DNA of 64,000 bases from Lytechinus pictus (Eukaryota), in assembly GCF_037042905.1 (NCBI RefSeq), contig NC_087252.1, positions 12,526,001-12,590,000 on the forward strand. Direction: 5' to 3'. The first letter of the stretch is position 1. The number at the start of each line of letters is the position of its first letter. Below the pieces are notes generated by a model. The model was not told the DNA's origin and searched no databases. It worked only from the letters and a program-made list of their open reading frames with translations. Position numbers and translations under genes: made by a program. Shown here piece after piece: positions 23,125-36,906 of the stretch.

Positions 23125-25145
23125 AAAGATATGACGTCCTGATTTGTCAACCTCATAAAGCCGAATTTACAAAAGCGAATGAATAAAAAAATCAGGTAAT
23201 GAAAATAGGAAATTTTACCCTAATGGAAAGCCATGGCATAGTATATCTTGTGAACATGATTAATTCAAAGAGAATACGTTTCAATAAGGTCATGACAAGA
23301 GTATCACAATTAAAGAAGGATTTGACATAAGAATGGGCCCTGTAAAAAAACATCGATCCGGAAGCATGCGCAATGAATGACCGACTGTTAGTCCCAATCA
23401 AAACATTTGCAATTCTTTGTGTGATTTGTGTATCAAAAATTGTTTCTACTGGAAAAATTAGTATTTGAATATAAATCAAGGGTGTGTTAAAGTATCTTAA
23501 GAGATGGTGGTAAAAAAATTTGTTAGCATGCATAACAAGCCCGCCGAATTATCCAAACTCTAACTGCATAATCAACACCCATTTGATTATGTAACGTTTG
23601 TAAAAGGACCATGGCTTCGATATTGAGAAGCATGTTTAATTGAAATATCATAAAATGCATACCATTATCACAATGGGGTAATTGAATAATTGAAAAACTC
23701 GACAGTCAAATGACCGTATAAGAATGCAATTTAAAGACCTCGAGTATGTTTTGCCTATTACAGCTTTGAAGCCAATGTAAAAAATTCCATTCATTCAAAC
23801 ATGTAAACAAAAAGCAACATGTATTTATATCATGTCCAAAGAATTTTGTGTGCAAGAATTGTTTACAGACTTTACGGTTTACTGAAAGCCAAGAATTGCG
23901 TGAAAGATAATATACCTTATCATCGTGATAATCGAAACCAGGAAAAAATGTATCACATTCCAGAAGAAGGGCGGATTCAAGCAAAAAAAAATTATCCAGT
24001 GTCTATGCCTAATTAGATTCCTCCAAATTTCCTTTCGATAGCTAAAAATTAGCATAAGAAAAATAATAATTCTACTAGTAAACACAATAAAATAACCCGG
24101 TCAATTTATAATACGTGTATCTTTTTCATAATATGCGTTATCATGAGAATGTAAATGTATGGCTACAACAATCGTTCGCATAACATGAATAAATATTAAA
24201 AATGCTAAACTGGCGTGCATACTGAAAAGAGCATGCTGTATTTGCCTTAAAGCCAGAGGCTGCATATGAAAAGAAACTATACTAACTTCCAATATGGGCA
24301 TACAAATCACTGAACTCTCAAAATCTATTCTCTGTGCATGAATACCTTTCAGAGGCCTACATCCCACTCTGTGAAGTATTGTCATTGAAAAAAAGTGCTA
24401 AACACCTGTCGTATATCATTAGGATTTGAAATAAGGCAGATAAAACATGACGTCTTAACACTCCTGTCATAATTGTGTTTGTTAATAAAGTACCTTGAGA
24501 AAAGAAGACAATGTAGACTATTAACATTGCAAAACAAATCGTCAAAGATGCCTGTGCATTCCCAAAATGGGAAGTATTCTACTTTTTTGCACCTTGGCGA
24601 ACAATTCGTCGGTGGTCTTCCAAACCGTCGTATCCACATACGACAGTGCAAACCCATGTCAGAGAAAATCGCCTTCAAAGTTTACTATAATTTTCACACT
24701 TAGTTGGAAAGAACAAGACAATTGTTTGACAACGGTATCCTTATTTTACACAAAACCAAGGATCATAGAAAATATCACAAAAGAGCTCCTTGTCTGTAAT
24801 TTCTGTTTGGGCGGTTTAGACTTCTTCTGTACAAATACGCCATACTAGGGAATACAATAACCCTGACAGCGATTTCAACGCGCGCGGTCAGTCAAAACGT
24901 CGTATCGCTTTTCACGTGTAAAGTCAATGCACTGCATATGGCCAATACGACCTGTTTGGCTGACCGCGCGCAACGGTGAACAAGACCTTCACTTCATCCT
25001 TATTAACCGTCAATGCACACTCATATAATGATTAAAAAAATCACTTTTATGACTTTTTTTACATTATAAATATTAGTATCTCCATTTTAAAGACATGTAC
25101 ATGTATCACTCATATTGAATCACATTTAAAACCCGCCCGACACAG

Positions 25146-25423
25146 AATAATAATAATAATAGCTGGATTTATAAAGCGCTTTTTGCCTGAGGATACAAAG
25201 CGCTGCTATTATTACCCCGGCTTTAGCTCGAGCTACCATCACCGGCGCTCAGTGCATTCAAAGAAATAATCCTGCCGGGTACCCATTCACCCCACCTGGG
25301 TCGAGTGCAGTACAGTGTGGATAAATTACTTGCTGAAGGAAAACACGCCATGGCTAGGATTCGAACCCACGACCCTCTGTTTGAAAGGCGAGAGTCAGAA
25401 CCTTTAGACCACGACTTGCCCAC
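25146..25423 (-). mobile_element. tRNA-derived SINE with (TAT)n tail
   Basis: Minus strand: GTGGTCTAAAGG (A box) ... GGTTCGAATCC (B box), a central core (TTCAGCAAG...CTGCACTCGACCCAGGTG..AATGGGTACC), then AAAGCGCTTTATAAATCCAGC(TAT)n. It is absent at the equivalent position of duplicate copy B. Confidence 0.9.
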
Positions 25424-26199
25424 AATATACTTCATCTGAAGACACACCTGCCAACATAGACAGCAAAGGAACATAAAAATGTTTAAAGTGTTACTTTTTT
25501 AGGAGGAATGTTTCATTTTGTGTGGGGCGTACTGTACATATGCATATGCATCAGTCACGTTATATTTAATTTTTTGCAAGCAAGATGTATAATTATGATC
25601 ATTACAAAGCTGATTACACCAAGGTTGCAGACTTGCAGTGGTATGACGTTACAAGAAAAGGCTTTAGCCGTTGTCAGACCTTTGGATACATAAAATACAT
25701 ACATAAATATAAAATGAATGTACTTATTCATGTAATTGAAATAGCTTCTGAGGGGTTAATCTTGACTTTATTCAAGTTCAGTACATTGGTAATTTAGCAA
25801 ACAATATATATATATACAAAAAACAGGTCCATAGTCTCGTACCAAACGATTGACAGGTGAAAGTATTTACAAGGGTTACAAAACATTCATATGTCATACG
25901 ACGATAATCTGTCGTGCCTGTGTATAAAAAGGGGAATAAACTCGATTGCAAAATGTGAGATACTTTGTTTTCTGACTTCTATTCTATCTTGCTATTAAAT
26001 CTTTCCTTTCATGGAATTAGAGATTTGACTTTTTTACATTATAAATATTAGTATGTAAATTTTAAAGACATGTAAATGTATCACTCATATTAAAGCACAT
26101 TTAAAACCCACCCTGCAGTGCTGGTACTCTAACACGTCTAAAGTGACACACAATATACTTCATCTGAAGCAATAGACAACAAAGGAACATGTATGAAAG

Positions 26200-26326
26200 C
26201 GAAACTTTAAAATGCCACAACTTTCTTATTTTACATCCGATTTTGATGAAACTTTCAGTGTTATGGTAATTTGATTTTTCTCTTCTTATTCAAATCAATA
26301 TTTTGCTGGGGTGGACTTGACCTTTA
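26200..26326. mobile_element. Solo right-end fragment of a TTAA-ended MITE
   Basis: aactttcttattttacatccgattttgatgaaactttca...ggggtggacttgacctttaa, the same architecture as the termini at 18430 and 54670. Confidence 0.55.
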
Positions 26327-26689
26327 ATAATACTGTACAGAATAAAACACCGTGTGAGCAAAAAGAAATTGACATCTCACAAATCCCTAATTTAAAGTGA
26401 AAATATGTCATGAACGCATAATTGTTATATATATATATATTTTCCCATTCCACAGGGTTCTTTGTTTTCAAAAAAGCATAGTAACATTATATAAAAATTT
26501 ACAATTTTCCGACAAACATCAAATAAACATTGTATATACATGATTTATAATACATAGACACATGCAGTCATACTGACTTATACAATCAAATTGTCACAGC
26601 CAAAGCAAATTTTGCAAGTAAAAAGGGGTCTGATACATATATAACTAAGAAATAAACACTGATAATAATTGTGTTTGTTAATGTGACAG

Positions 26690-27620
26690 ATTGCCAGCTT
26701 GTTCGAAAAAGTTTCTGAAATGAAACCATTTCTTTCTGAACTTATTTGCTCTGAAATTTGTTTCATAAATATATTTTTCCATTTCATAATAGTTTTAAAG
26801 CCGACATAATTGAGGTGAATGAAGGTAACTCTCCTTTCAATTTATCTAAGTATATCTCTTTTCTTACGATCATCAAGACACAGTTAAAAGCATAATTATT
26901 TGCACCACAAAATCCAAACAATTTGTTTCCATTCGTTAATATGATCACCTCTCGAGTATTTCGAAATATCCATGATTCTTTTCTCGACCATATTACATTA
27001 GAATGTGTACAAATGCAAAATATATGCATAATTGTTTTATCATTATTAATACAAAAAGTACATTTCATATTTGTTACTATACCAAATTTCAACAGAGAAT
27101 CTTTCATATACAATATTTTGCTTAAAATTTTAATTTTAAACCATCTTAAGTTTATATCCATTGTTGCCTGAACAGGAATCAAACAAAAAGCAACCCAAAC
27201 GTCATCTCGAAAACCTGACAGACCTTTCCAGCTGACAAGAACCTTACATTCTTTAACTTTAAAGTTAAGAAAAGCGCGATATATATTTGAGCAACCTACA
27301 CGTGTTTTCACAACAAGGTGCAGAGCTTCAGGAATGATTGGTTCAATAGATTTAGTAATTATATGCGAATCTGTTGGAAAACCAGACCTAATTGCGTCTC
27401 AGAGATCGTAATACTGTAGAAAATTGGTTTGTATACCAAAAGCACGTTGAAATTGAAAGTATAAAAAGAATGAACCATCTGTTCTAAGAATGTCATTAAC
27501 AAAATGTATTCCTCTTAAATCCCAACACCTGAAATAGACTGGTTGGTTATCTATTTTTATTCGATAGTTATTCCAGAGAGGCTGACAGACTATTTTATCA
27601 GTTAGCAATTCAAGCAAATC
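26690..27620 (-). pseudogene. 5'-truncated L1/Tx1-type LINE ORF2 3' fragment
   Basis: QPLWNNYRIKIDNQPVYF..W and KCTFC..DKTIMHIFCIC...W match the C-terminal region of Tx1-like ORF2, as in the 19535-20588 fragments. Confidence 0.85.
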
Positions 27621-28119
27621 TGATTGTTATATATGGCCTAAAATAGTATCTTCTCGCAAATAATTAGATGCCATATTTATGTGGTATGTGTTAACCAAGA
27701 GATATTTTCTACTGTGATGTCCCATTTGTGTCAAAGCAAGGCATGGCTGCAGCGGATGAATCCAAATGTAAAAATGTGTTTTAAAATGGATTGGGATGCA
27801 ACCCTTGTACGATTATGGCATCACTGGCATCTGGATTCATCGGATAACTGCATGATGTAAACATTATCATGATAATAGGGGGTTACGTTATAAGTAGGTG
27901 TGTGTGTGTGTTTGTGTAGGAGGTTGTGCGTTCAGCGATTTTAGCATTTCATAATGTAATACGACTATAATTTTTCGTGCCTGTTTATAAAAAAGGAAAT
28001 CAATTCGATTGCAAATTGGCAATAATTATTGACCGATATCTGTTTTGCCATTGTTTTCGAAAGTACTTGAAAATGTAGTCTATATTTTTGCAGGTAGTTT
28101 TTTTATCACATGAATTCAA

Positions 28120-28558
28120 TCGCTGATGTGGTTTACGGTACATCATGTGAAGTGTTGTAGAAACAGTGGATAGAAGAAGAGAAGAAATGGATAGGCGAGA
28201 AAGTAGAGGTTTGAGAGTAGAGTATTCTTTCTTGAAAGAAGTCCTGAAAAGGACTGTAAACCAGGAAAGATTGATGAGTTGAGAACAGCTTGAGTAGTGG
28301 AGCTAACGAGGAGATGCTGGCTTGAGTCGGCGAGTAGAGATGATGAGTAGTAGAGAGACTAGACGTTTCGGACAGGTTGACTGACATCTTTGCTGGTTTA
28401 CAGTTTGACATCTTTCCCGGTTTACAGTCCTTTTCAGGACTACTTTAAAAAAAGAATACTCTACTCTCAAACCTCCACTTTCTCGCCTATCCATTTCTTC
28501 TCTTCTATCCACTGTTTCTATAACACTTCACATGGTGTACCGTAAACCACATCAGCGA
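28120..28558. repeat. Foldback of about 440 bp with arms of about 150 bp; possibly an inverted Penelope-like terminal repeat
   Basis: 28120-28272 (tcgctgatgtggtttacggtac...ggactgtaaacc) is the near-perfect reverse complement of about 28408-28558. The spacer contains gacgtttcgg. Confidence 0.85.
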
Positions 28559-30252
28559 GTGTACATACCACCATGCAAACCTTCAAACAACATCTCACAT
28601 CAATTCAATCAGTATGAACATATCTCAATTTACTGGTTTTATGAATAATGCTAAAAATAAGACTGACGGATTTTTTTTCATTTACAAAATGTTTAATGCT
28701 TTTATCTTTCCTGAACTTGGGGTTGTAATGTGCTATGGGCTTCTTTACATGATTCGATGTTATCAAGAATGTATCTCCTGCATTATATGTGCAAACGCTC
28801 ACTGTCACATTCCCTATCAATATTTCATCATTCAAAACTTTGAATGTTTATGACTATAACAAATTAACAGTTGTCTCAATGATGGAAATTTTTTTTTTTT
28901 TATTACGAATTCAATTAAAAAACGATTGAAAAGATTTTTTCTTCATATTTTCCCTACGGCGGCCGCGAGGCAAGTCAAAAAGACTTTATTTTTATTATTA
29001 ATTTTAACAATTTTTGGTGCCAGCTACATATAGATGGTTTGAATAAATCGGCTGTTTTCGACTCGTCGTACGGGAGCTGTAGGGAAGTGTGACTGAGGTG
29101 ATATCTTTGAACATACTTTGCCACTCGGCACTACAGAGTGCTGGAATGTTGCATATATCCGTCGATATTATTTCACTCCCTGTCAGACCTCTTATTACTT
29201 TCTACCTCCATGTCTGAATGCATTCACTGCATCGATATTAATATGTATTACAACTATAACCCGCTCGTTGAGGTGAAAAAAGGGACTCCGAAAGGTGAAG
29301 CGTGTACAAAAGTCCATATATCAAAAATGTGTCATTGCCCTGAAAGCATGGGTGCTAGGGATAAAGCTGAGGAGGGGCTGAAGCACCCAACAAATTTCCT
29401 TCGGTGCTGTGTGTGTTATTTACCACAGGCAGCCCCCTCATTTAGAGGAAGATGTACAAAAATGGAAAATGTAACTAAAATGACATTCATTTTGTAGTGA
29501 AATCCTTTTTTCTTTGCTCTTCAAATCTCTGGAGACCAAGTTGCCCTACGTTTTGTAGGGGGAGGTAGATTTCTCAGGACAAAATAAATCTGAATTTTGT
29601 CAGTAGTGAAAACCCGTTTTGGGCTTTCAAATTTACATCATCACAGCAGTAAAACAAAAAACCCGTTCCCATGGACCCGGTGCGTTTGCGTGTGTGTGTG
29701 TATGCGTGTGTGGAATACTTTACGCGATATGACAGTCAAAAAGAAGATGGGATTCGAGCTGGACCAAATCGATGCCAGAATCTGTAATGAACAAAATATT
29801 TTGGATTCATTTGCTGACTGTAGTGGGCTGAAGGACAATATGCAAAAAAAAATTATGAAATAAGGTTCTTCAAGGAGTGAAAAAGATATGCAGTTAGATG
29901 GAAATCAAGTTAGATTTGTGCATAACGATTTTGTTTTCGGTACCTTTTGTACACAATTTCATGCTGCTACTGATAAAATACTCGATTATATATAATTACA
30001 AAAGAACTTAAAAAAATAAAACGTACAATGATTTCATGTATTAAACTCAATATCACTATTCGGGGAAGAATTACATTTGCGAAATCGTTATTACTGCCAC
30101 AGTTTGATAATTTATGTCAATTCCATCTCCTTTTTGACCGTTTTATGTAAATGATATATCAAATCAAAAGCAGATATTTGAACTTTTTAAAAATATGATT
30201 TTTCTTTTTGAAACTCAGATACTGCCCGCCAAATGACTTTTTGGTTTTCTTT

Positions 30253-33200
30253 TAGTCTAGGAGATAGGGGGCTTTATTTTTGACAAAAAACACAATTTTG
30301 ACCACTCTTTGGAAAACGGTCCCTTAACAGAATGCTTTTGTAACCACATCCAATTAAAAGGGTCTATTCTATGTAAAAATGCACCCAAATTCCAGATAAA
30401 TTGTTTCGTCTGCCAGATTACAGTAGAAGTGGTCATTTTGGCCATGTTTTTGACCCAAAATGACAATTTTCATGATTTTTGTCCGAAATGTGTTACAAAT
30501 CATAATAAAGATTGGAGGTCTTTAGAAATCCAATTTTTTTTCTTCAAAATTTGCGCTGGATCATAACAATCAACCTCATACAATTCATTCTGTCAGTTTT
30601 GACCTATATGGGTCATTTTGGGTACTTAAGACATAAGCTAACTATTCGGGCAGTTACGCATTATAAACTGTTCAAATAGGCAGGAAACTGAGGTCTTAAG
30701 CATGTATTATCTTTTTCCCTTATTAAATGGGAATGCATTCTAAGATCCTTCTTGTGTAGAATTTTATGCTGATTCCAAATATATCAGTTTAAATGACCAT
30801 ATTCAACAACTTATGGTCATTTTGGCCACTTATGGCCCTCAAATGAAAAATAACGTCAGTTCAATTTATCCAAAAATACTTCGAATGTTACCAGAATCGT
30901 AACAAGGGTGTGCTGTGGCACCTAAAATTGGTGTATTAATCCTTTTAAATGAACATATCAAAAGTATTTGGCCTCATATGATTTATTCCATTAGTTTTGA
31001 CCTATGAGGGTAATTTTGGATAATTTAGACATAACTGACCATTCGCGCAGTTTTATAGTAGATAAACTGTTCAATTAGACAGGAAATTGAGGTCTTAAGC
31101 TTGTATTATATTTTTCCTTTATTAAATGGGAATGCGTTCTAAGGTCCTTCTTGTGTAAAATTGTATGCTGATTCCAAATCAACCAGTCTTAAGTAACCTA
31201 TTCAGTAGCTTATCGCCTTATGGTCATTTTTGCAATCTATGGCCCTCAAAATGACCAATAATAAACTGTGCAAATGTAATAGCAAATAGGTGGGGATTTG
31301 AGGCCTTCAGCGTATTTTATCTATATGGGAATGCATATGAAGGTCAGTCTTGTGTAGATTTTATGCTGTATCCAAATATATCAGTCTCAATGACCCTATT
31401 TCACAGCTTATGGTCATTCTGGCCAATTTCCCCCAAGTAACCAATCCAATCTGTTCAATACTTCAATTTATCCAAAAATACTTCCAATGTTACTAAAATC
31501 GTTACAAGGGTGTGCTATGACACCCGACCTAACACTGATGTATTCTTTAAATTGAGCACTCCATAAGTTTTTTGACCACCTTGGTCACTTTGGCCTCGTT
31601 GACCCCTGCCCAATGTCTATGGTAATTCAGCATATATCGAACATGGTGAGGAGACAATTCAGGATTACGTTAATATTAGCATAATTTATGGTTAAATTGG
31701 AAAAGTTTGGAAAGCTTTTGGGTGGAAATCAATGCAATAATTCCATACAAACCAGTGTTATTGGCCTAACCATTGGGCCCTGTGGTAATTTTGATCACTT
31801 TTTCCTCAATAATGACTAGTGACCACACATTCTTCGATTTAAAAATGGCTCAAAGTTTGCTTAATATCACTTTCAGTGTGAGCTACGCCACCAATAATCA
31901 AGAGTGTTGATGAATGTGATACAAACATTCACATCGAGTATATACATAAAGGTTGTTTGACGGTGCACTTTTGTAATTTTCATGATTTTAGGCACATTGA
32001 CCACTTTGTAAACATTCAGGTAAACTTCAAATATAGTCGGCAGCAAATTCAGGAATGAGATATTTTTACCATCATTTAATGTTAGATAGGGCCTTTCTGA
32101 AGTAGATTAATGCAATGATTCCAAATATATCAGTCTTTATGACTATTTATTAACTAGTGGTCATTTTGGTCAAGTTTGGTCCCTACAATTGCCAATTACA
32201 ATTGCATGTATCAAAAGAATACCAATGTTGTTGCTCTTTATTTTTGTAATATGTATTATATCAATGATAATCAGTGACAAAATATTTCATTCAATATGAT
32301 ATTTCTAATAGTACATAATCAAAATCTGACGATTTTTGTTTTCATTTTGGCTACTTTCACCATTTATCAATATGTGAATTTTGAAATAAGCATTAGTGAG
32401 CAGCAATTGTAGGTCTATGAAAATGCGTTTAATCCCTTTCTATGGGAAATATTAAAGGCTCACCTTGAGTAAGAATTGTGCCAAATGTCTTGCGAATGTC
32501 TACTGTGTCACTGTATGTTCCTAAATAGCCAGCATTATTTCCCTTCTTTAAGGTTAAATTATACTGATAATTATTACAAAGCAAATTGGTCACAGTGGAG
32601 TTCAATCAGAGTTTTTACCATCATTAATTTTGACCATCATGGTTTTTTGTTGGTACAATGCTTTACAAACCTTACACTGGCATGATTGGTGAGCAGTAAA
32701 TTTACACTTAATTCCTTTGTAGAAGCACTGGGTAATAAAACACATTATATGTGAAATTATTCTCTGTGTCATTTTTGGCCACTCTTACAATTTAGGGCAA
32801 GTTTTCCACTTTCAACTTCACCAATCATGCCAATGTAAGGTTTGTAAAACATAAAAATGACGAAGTTGGTAAAGTGCATGGTGGTTAAATCTATTCGTGA
32901 AATTCACTTTGACGAATTGCTTTGTAATGACGCACCTTTGAATTGAGGATTAGTGCCTTCATCCAGAACATATGGGGAATGATGCAATGGCTATTTAAGG
33001 ACCATGTAGTGCCACATCAGACAGTAGTGAGGTATTTGGCACAATTTTTCCTCAAGTTGAGCTTGTAATATTCCAATCGAAATGGACTGAACGCATTTTC
33101 ATAACTGTTCCTAAGTCATGTTTAGTTACTGCTAAAGTCATACATTGGATAAATGGTCAGATTGGCCAAAATGCCCAAATTGGTCACAACAGTTTGATTA

Positions 33201-35593
33201 TATACTATTAGTAATATTATATTGAAATCAAAAAGTATTTTGACACTTATCATGATTGATATATTACATCTTATTAACAATACAGAACGACAACAACACT
33301 TAAATCCTTTTTGATATATTAAAATGTTATTGGTCATTGTCGGAACCAAAAGTGACCAAAATGACCACAAGCTCATAAATGGTAATTCAGACTGATATAT
33401 TTTGAATCATTGAATTAATCTACTTCAGAAAGTTGAGAAATATATCTTAACATAAAATTTTGCTAAAGCGTCTCATTCCTGAATTTGCTGCCCCATATAT
33501 TTGAAGCTTCCATTTATATTTACAATGTAGTCAAGGTGGCTAAAAGCCTGAAAATGACCACAGTGCATGGTCAAACAACCATATATACTGTATACTCGAT
33601 GTAAAGGATTTCATCACATTTATCACCACTCTTCACCGATTATTGGTAGTTCACGTTGATAATGATACTGACCAACATTTGAGCCCTTTTTAATCATCAA
33701 AGCATGAGTGGTCACTGGTCATTGAGGAAAAAGTGGTCAAATTGGCCACAGGATCCAGTAGTACGGCCAATAACTCTTGACTATGTGAAATCATTGTATT
33801 GATTTTCACCAAAGCTATCAAACTTTCCCCATTTAACAATAATCGATGCTAATATTAACACAATCCCGAATCTATCGTCATCGTGTTCGCTATAGAGTGA
33901 ATTAACATACACAATGGGCATGGGTCAAGCACGGGGTCAAGGTGGTCAAAATAACCAAGGTAGTCAAAATACTTTAGGGATGCTCAATGTCAATGATTCA
34001 TACACCAGGACCAGCAGACCCTTGTAATGATTCTGGTAACATTCGAACTACTTTTGGATAAATTATGTTATTAGTCATTTTTTTGGGAGGGAGGGGGGGG
34101 GGGCAAAATTACCAAAAGCTTTTAAATAAGGTCAATAAGACTGTTTTATTTTGAATCAGCATAAAATTCTACACAAGGTAGACCTCAAATGCTTACCCAT
34201 CTTATATGAAAAGAAAATAATACACGCTGAAGGCCTTAAATTCCTGCCTATTTGAACAGGTTATTATGCAAAACTACGCGAATGGTCAGTAATGTCCGAA
34301 GTATTCAAGATGACCCTCTGAGGTCAAAACTGATTTGATAAGTTACATGAGGTTAAAATACTTTTCAGATGTTCAATTTAAAGAATTAATAAACCAATAT
34401 ATAGTGTCAGAGTACGCCCTTGTAACGATTCTGGTAAACTTCGAAATATTAATTTATTGATAATTAATTTGTTGAACTAATGTTATTTGTCATTTTGAGG
34501 GCAATAATTGGCCAAACTGACCATAAGCTTTTAAATAGGTTTATTTACAGTGATACATTTGGAATCAGCATAAAATTCTACACAAGTTGGATCTTTGAAT
34601 GCATTCCCATTTTATAAGAGAAGAAGATGAAACACGCTGAAGACCTCAAATTCCTACGTATTTGCACAGTTATTACATGTAAAACAGCGCGACTGGTCAG
34701 TTATGTCTAAAGTGCCCAAAATAGCCCTCATAGGTCAAAACTGATGGAATAAGTTACGTGAGGTAAAAATAAAAATACTCACGTGATGTTCGATTTAAGG
34801 AATAAACAAATGATTGGTGTCACAGCACACCCTTGTAAAGATTCTGGTAACGTTCAAAGTATATTTTGAGAACTTGAACTGTTATTAGTCATTTTGAAGG
34901 CCATAAGTGGCCAAAATGACAATAATCTTTCTAATAGGGTCATTAACACTGATATATTTGGAATCAGCATGAAATTCTTCACAAACAGGACCTACGAATG
35001 CATTCCCATTTAAAAAGGTAAGAAGATAACACATGCTTAAGACCACAATTTCATAACTGCGTAATGCGTAACTGTGCGAATGGTCAGTTTATGTCTTAAG
35101 TACCCAAAATGACCCCCATAGGTCAAAACTGACAGAATAAATTATATGAGGTTGATAGTTATGTGCCAGCGCAAATTTTAAAAATAAATGTGGATTTCTA
35201 AAGACATCCAATCTTTGTTCTGATCAATATTTGTAACACATTTCGGACAAAAAAAACCCATGAAAATTGTCACTTTTGGTCAAAACATGGCCAAAATGAC
35301 CACTTCTACTGTAATTTGGCTGACGAAACAATTTATCTGGAATGTGGGTGCATTTTTACATAGAATAGACCCTTTTAATTGGATGCGGTTACAAAAAATT
35401 ATGTTAAGGGACCATTTTCCAAAGAGTGGTCAAAATTGTCATTTTTGGTCAAAAATTGGCCAAAATGGCTAAACTGACGTGAGTACGGTCAATAAGACAT
35501 TTTTTGAAATCAGCACACAATTTTACCCCGGATAAGCCTGTTAAACCTTCCCCACCAAAAATTATGAATAAAGCCCCCTAGACTCCTAGACTA
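30253..35593. mobile_element. 5.3-kb non-coding foldback element; almost all of it is a diverged palindrome
   Basis: Termini tagtctaggag.tagggggctttatt / aataaagccccctagactcctagacta. Arms align inward to ccttacactggcatgattggtga (about 32670) versus tcaccaatcatgccaatgtaagg (about 32820). Internal sub-repeats of about 400 bp occur in both arms. Confidence 0.9.
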
Positions 35594-35795
35594 TTTCTTC
35601 AAATTGTTTTTGCTCACTCATGCAAACATGACGTTTACTGTAAGTTATTTATTTATTTATTATTATAAAAGAGGAGACCCTAAGCTTTACAATGATATGT
35701 CATTTGTTTATTGTATTTGTGATGAAGTTATGATAAATCATCGATAAATCTCGGTTTCGTTTTTCTGGGACTCACAGTACATGTATGTATGTGTA

Positions 35796-36700
35796 TACAA
35801 ACCTCTCCAAAAAAGTTTGGAAATCTGTGTTTGGCCATTAATTTCTCCCTACTCCCAATTTTAAACAATGCATATTTTACATCATTAGAAAGATAATTTA
35901 ATTTTCTTTAAAATGATACATGTACCATGCTTATTATGATCATGTCATTACGAAAAGAGCAGGCTTCAAATGTGTTGGATGAGGTCTGAACTGAAAAGCT
36001 GCAAAATCAGCAAAAAAGGTTTGAATATCTGAGTTTGACCATTTCTTTCTCCCAACTCCCAATATTGCACAATGCATATTTGATATGATTCTAAAGATCA
36101 TTTAATTTTCTTTAAGATGATACCATGCTTGTTATGATCATGCCATCATAAAAACAACAGTATTCAAAAGTGTTGGATGAGGTCTGAATCGAAAAGCTGC
36201 AAAACGAGCAGAAATGGTCATGAAGGGTCAATACAGAACTTGGTTCTTTTGTCTGTGTCAATAGAGATGAAAATCCATTCAAATCAAGCCCCTGCTTCTG
36301 TAGTGATGGTTCTGTGAGATAACATGGTTTGTGTCGTTGTTTGAAATACCCATGCATGTTTGTTTGTTATGTTTTTGCTTTTGCAGAGGTGTGTTTGATT
36401 CCACGTTAATGTTGATGTTAAGGTGCATGAAAACAAAAGAAATTACTGAAAAACTCACTCATCACCACGGAAAAAAGAACAGTGCCTTTCAATATTGTGC
36501 CATTTTGAAGCTTTTGAATTTTGACCTTGCCCCAACATTTCAAGGCACTGCACCTCCTTGTGAACCATAATCATATCAGGCAGGGTATCATTTTAAAGAA
36601 AATTAAATGGTCTATACATTGATATTAATTACACATTGATATTTACTAAAACCAAGGAGGGATTATCGACCAAAGTCAGATTTCCAAACATTTTTCAGTT

Positions 36701-36703
<3 letters not shown>
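35796..36703. mobile_element. Degenerate Tc1/mariner-like MITE with an internal duplication of about 190 bp
   Basis: Inverted ends aaaaaagtttggaaatctg / cagatttccaaacattttt, next to TA. 35850-36010 resembles 36050-36205. Confidence 0.55.
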
Positions 36704-36731
<28 letters not shown>

Positions 36732-36906
36732 CAGGGAGGATGTGTGCGTGTGAGCGTGTGCGTTGGAGGTTGTGTATATGTGTGTGTTTATATATACACA
36801 CACACATATATATATATATTTATATGTGTACATGTATATTCCGTTCTTCTTTTTCCTCATGTATCGTGCCATAGATAGTACCAATAGTTATCAGGGTATT
36901 TTTGTT

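Noticed and set aside
23192..24850. Short ORFs upstream of LINE ORF2 as a possible ORF1
   Set aside because: No zinc knuckle, RRM or coiled-coil signature in the listed ORFs or the frames I translated by hand.
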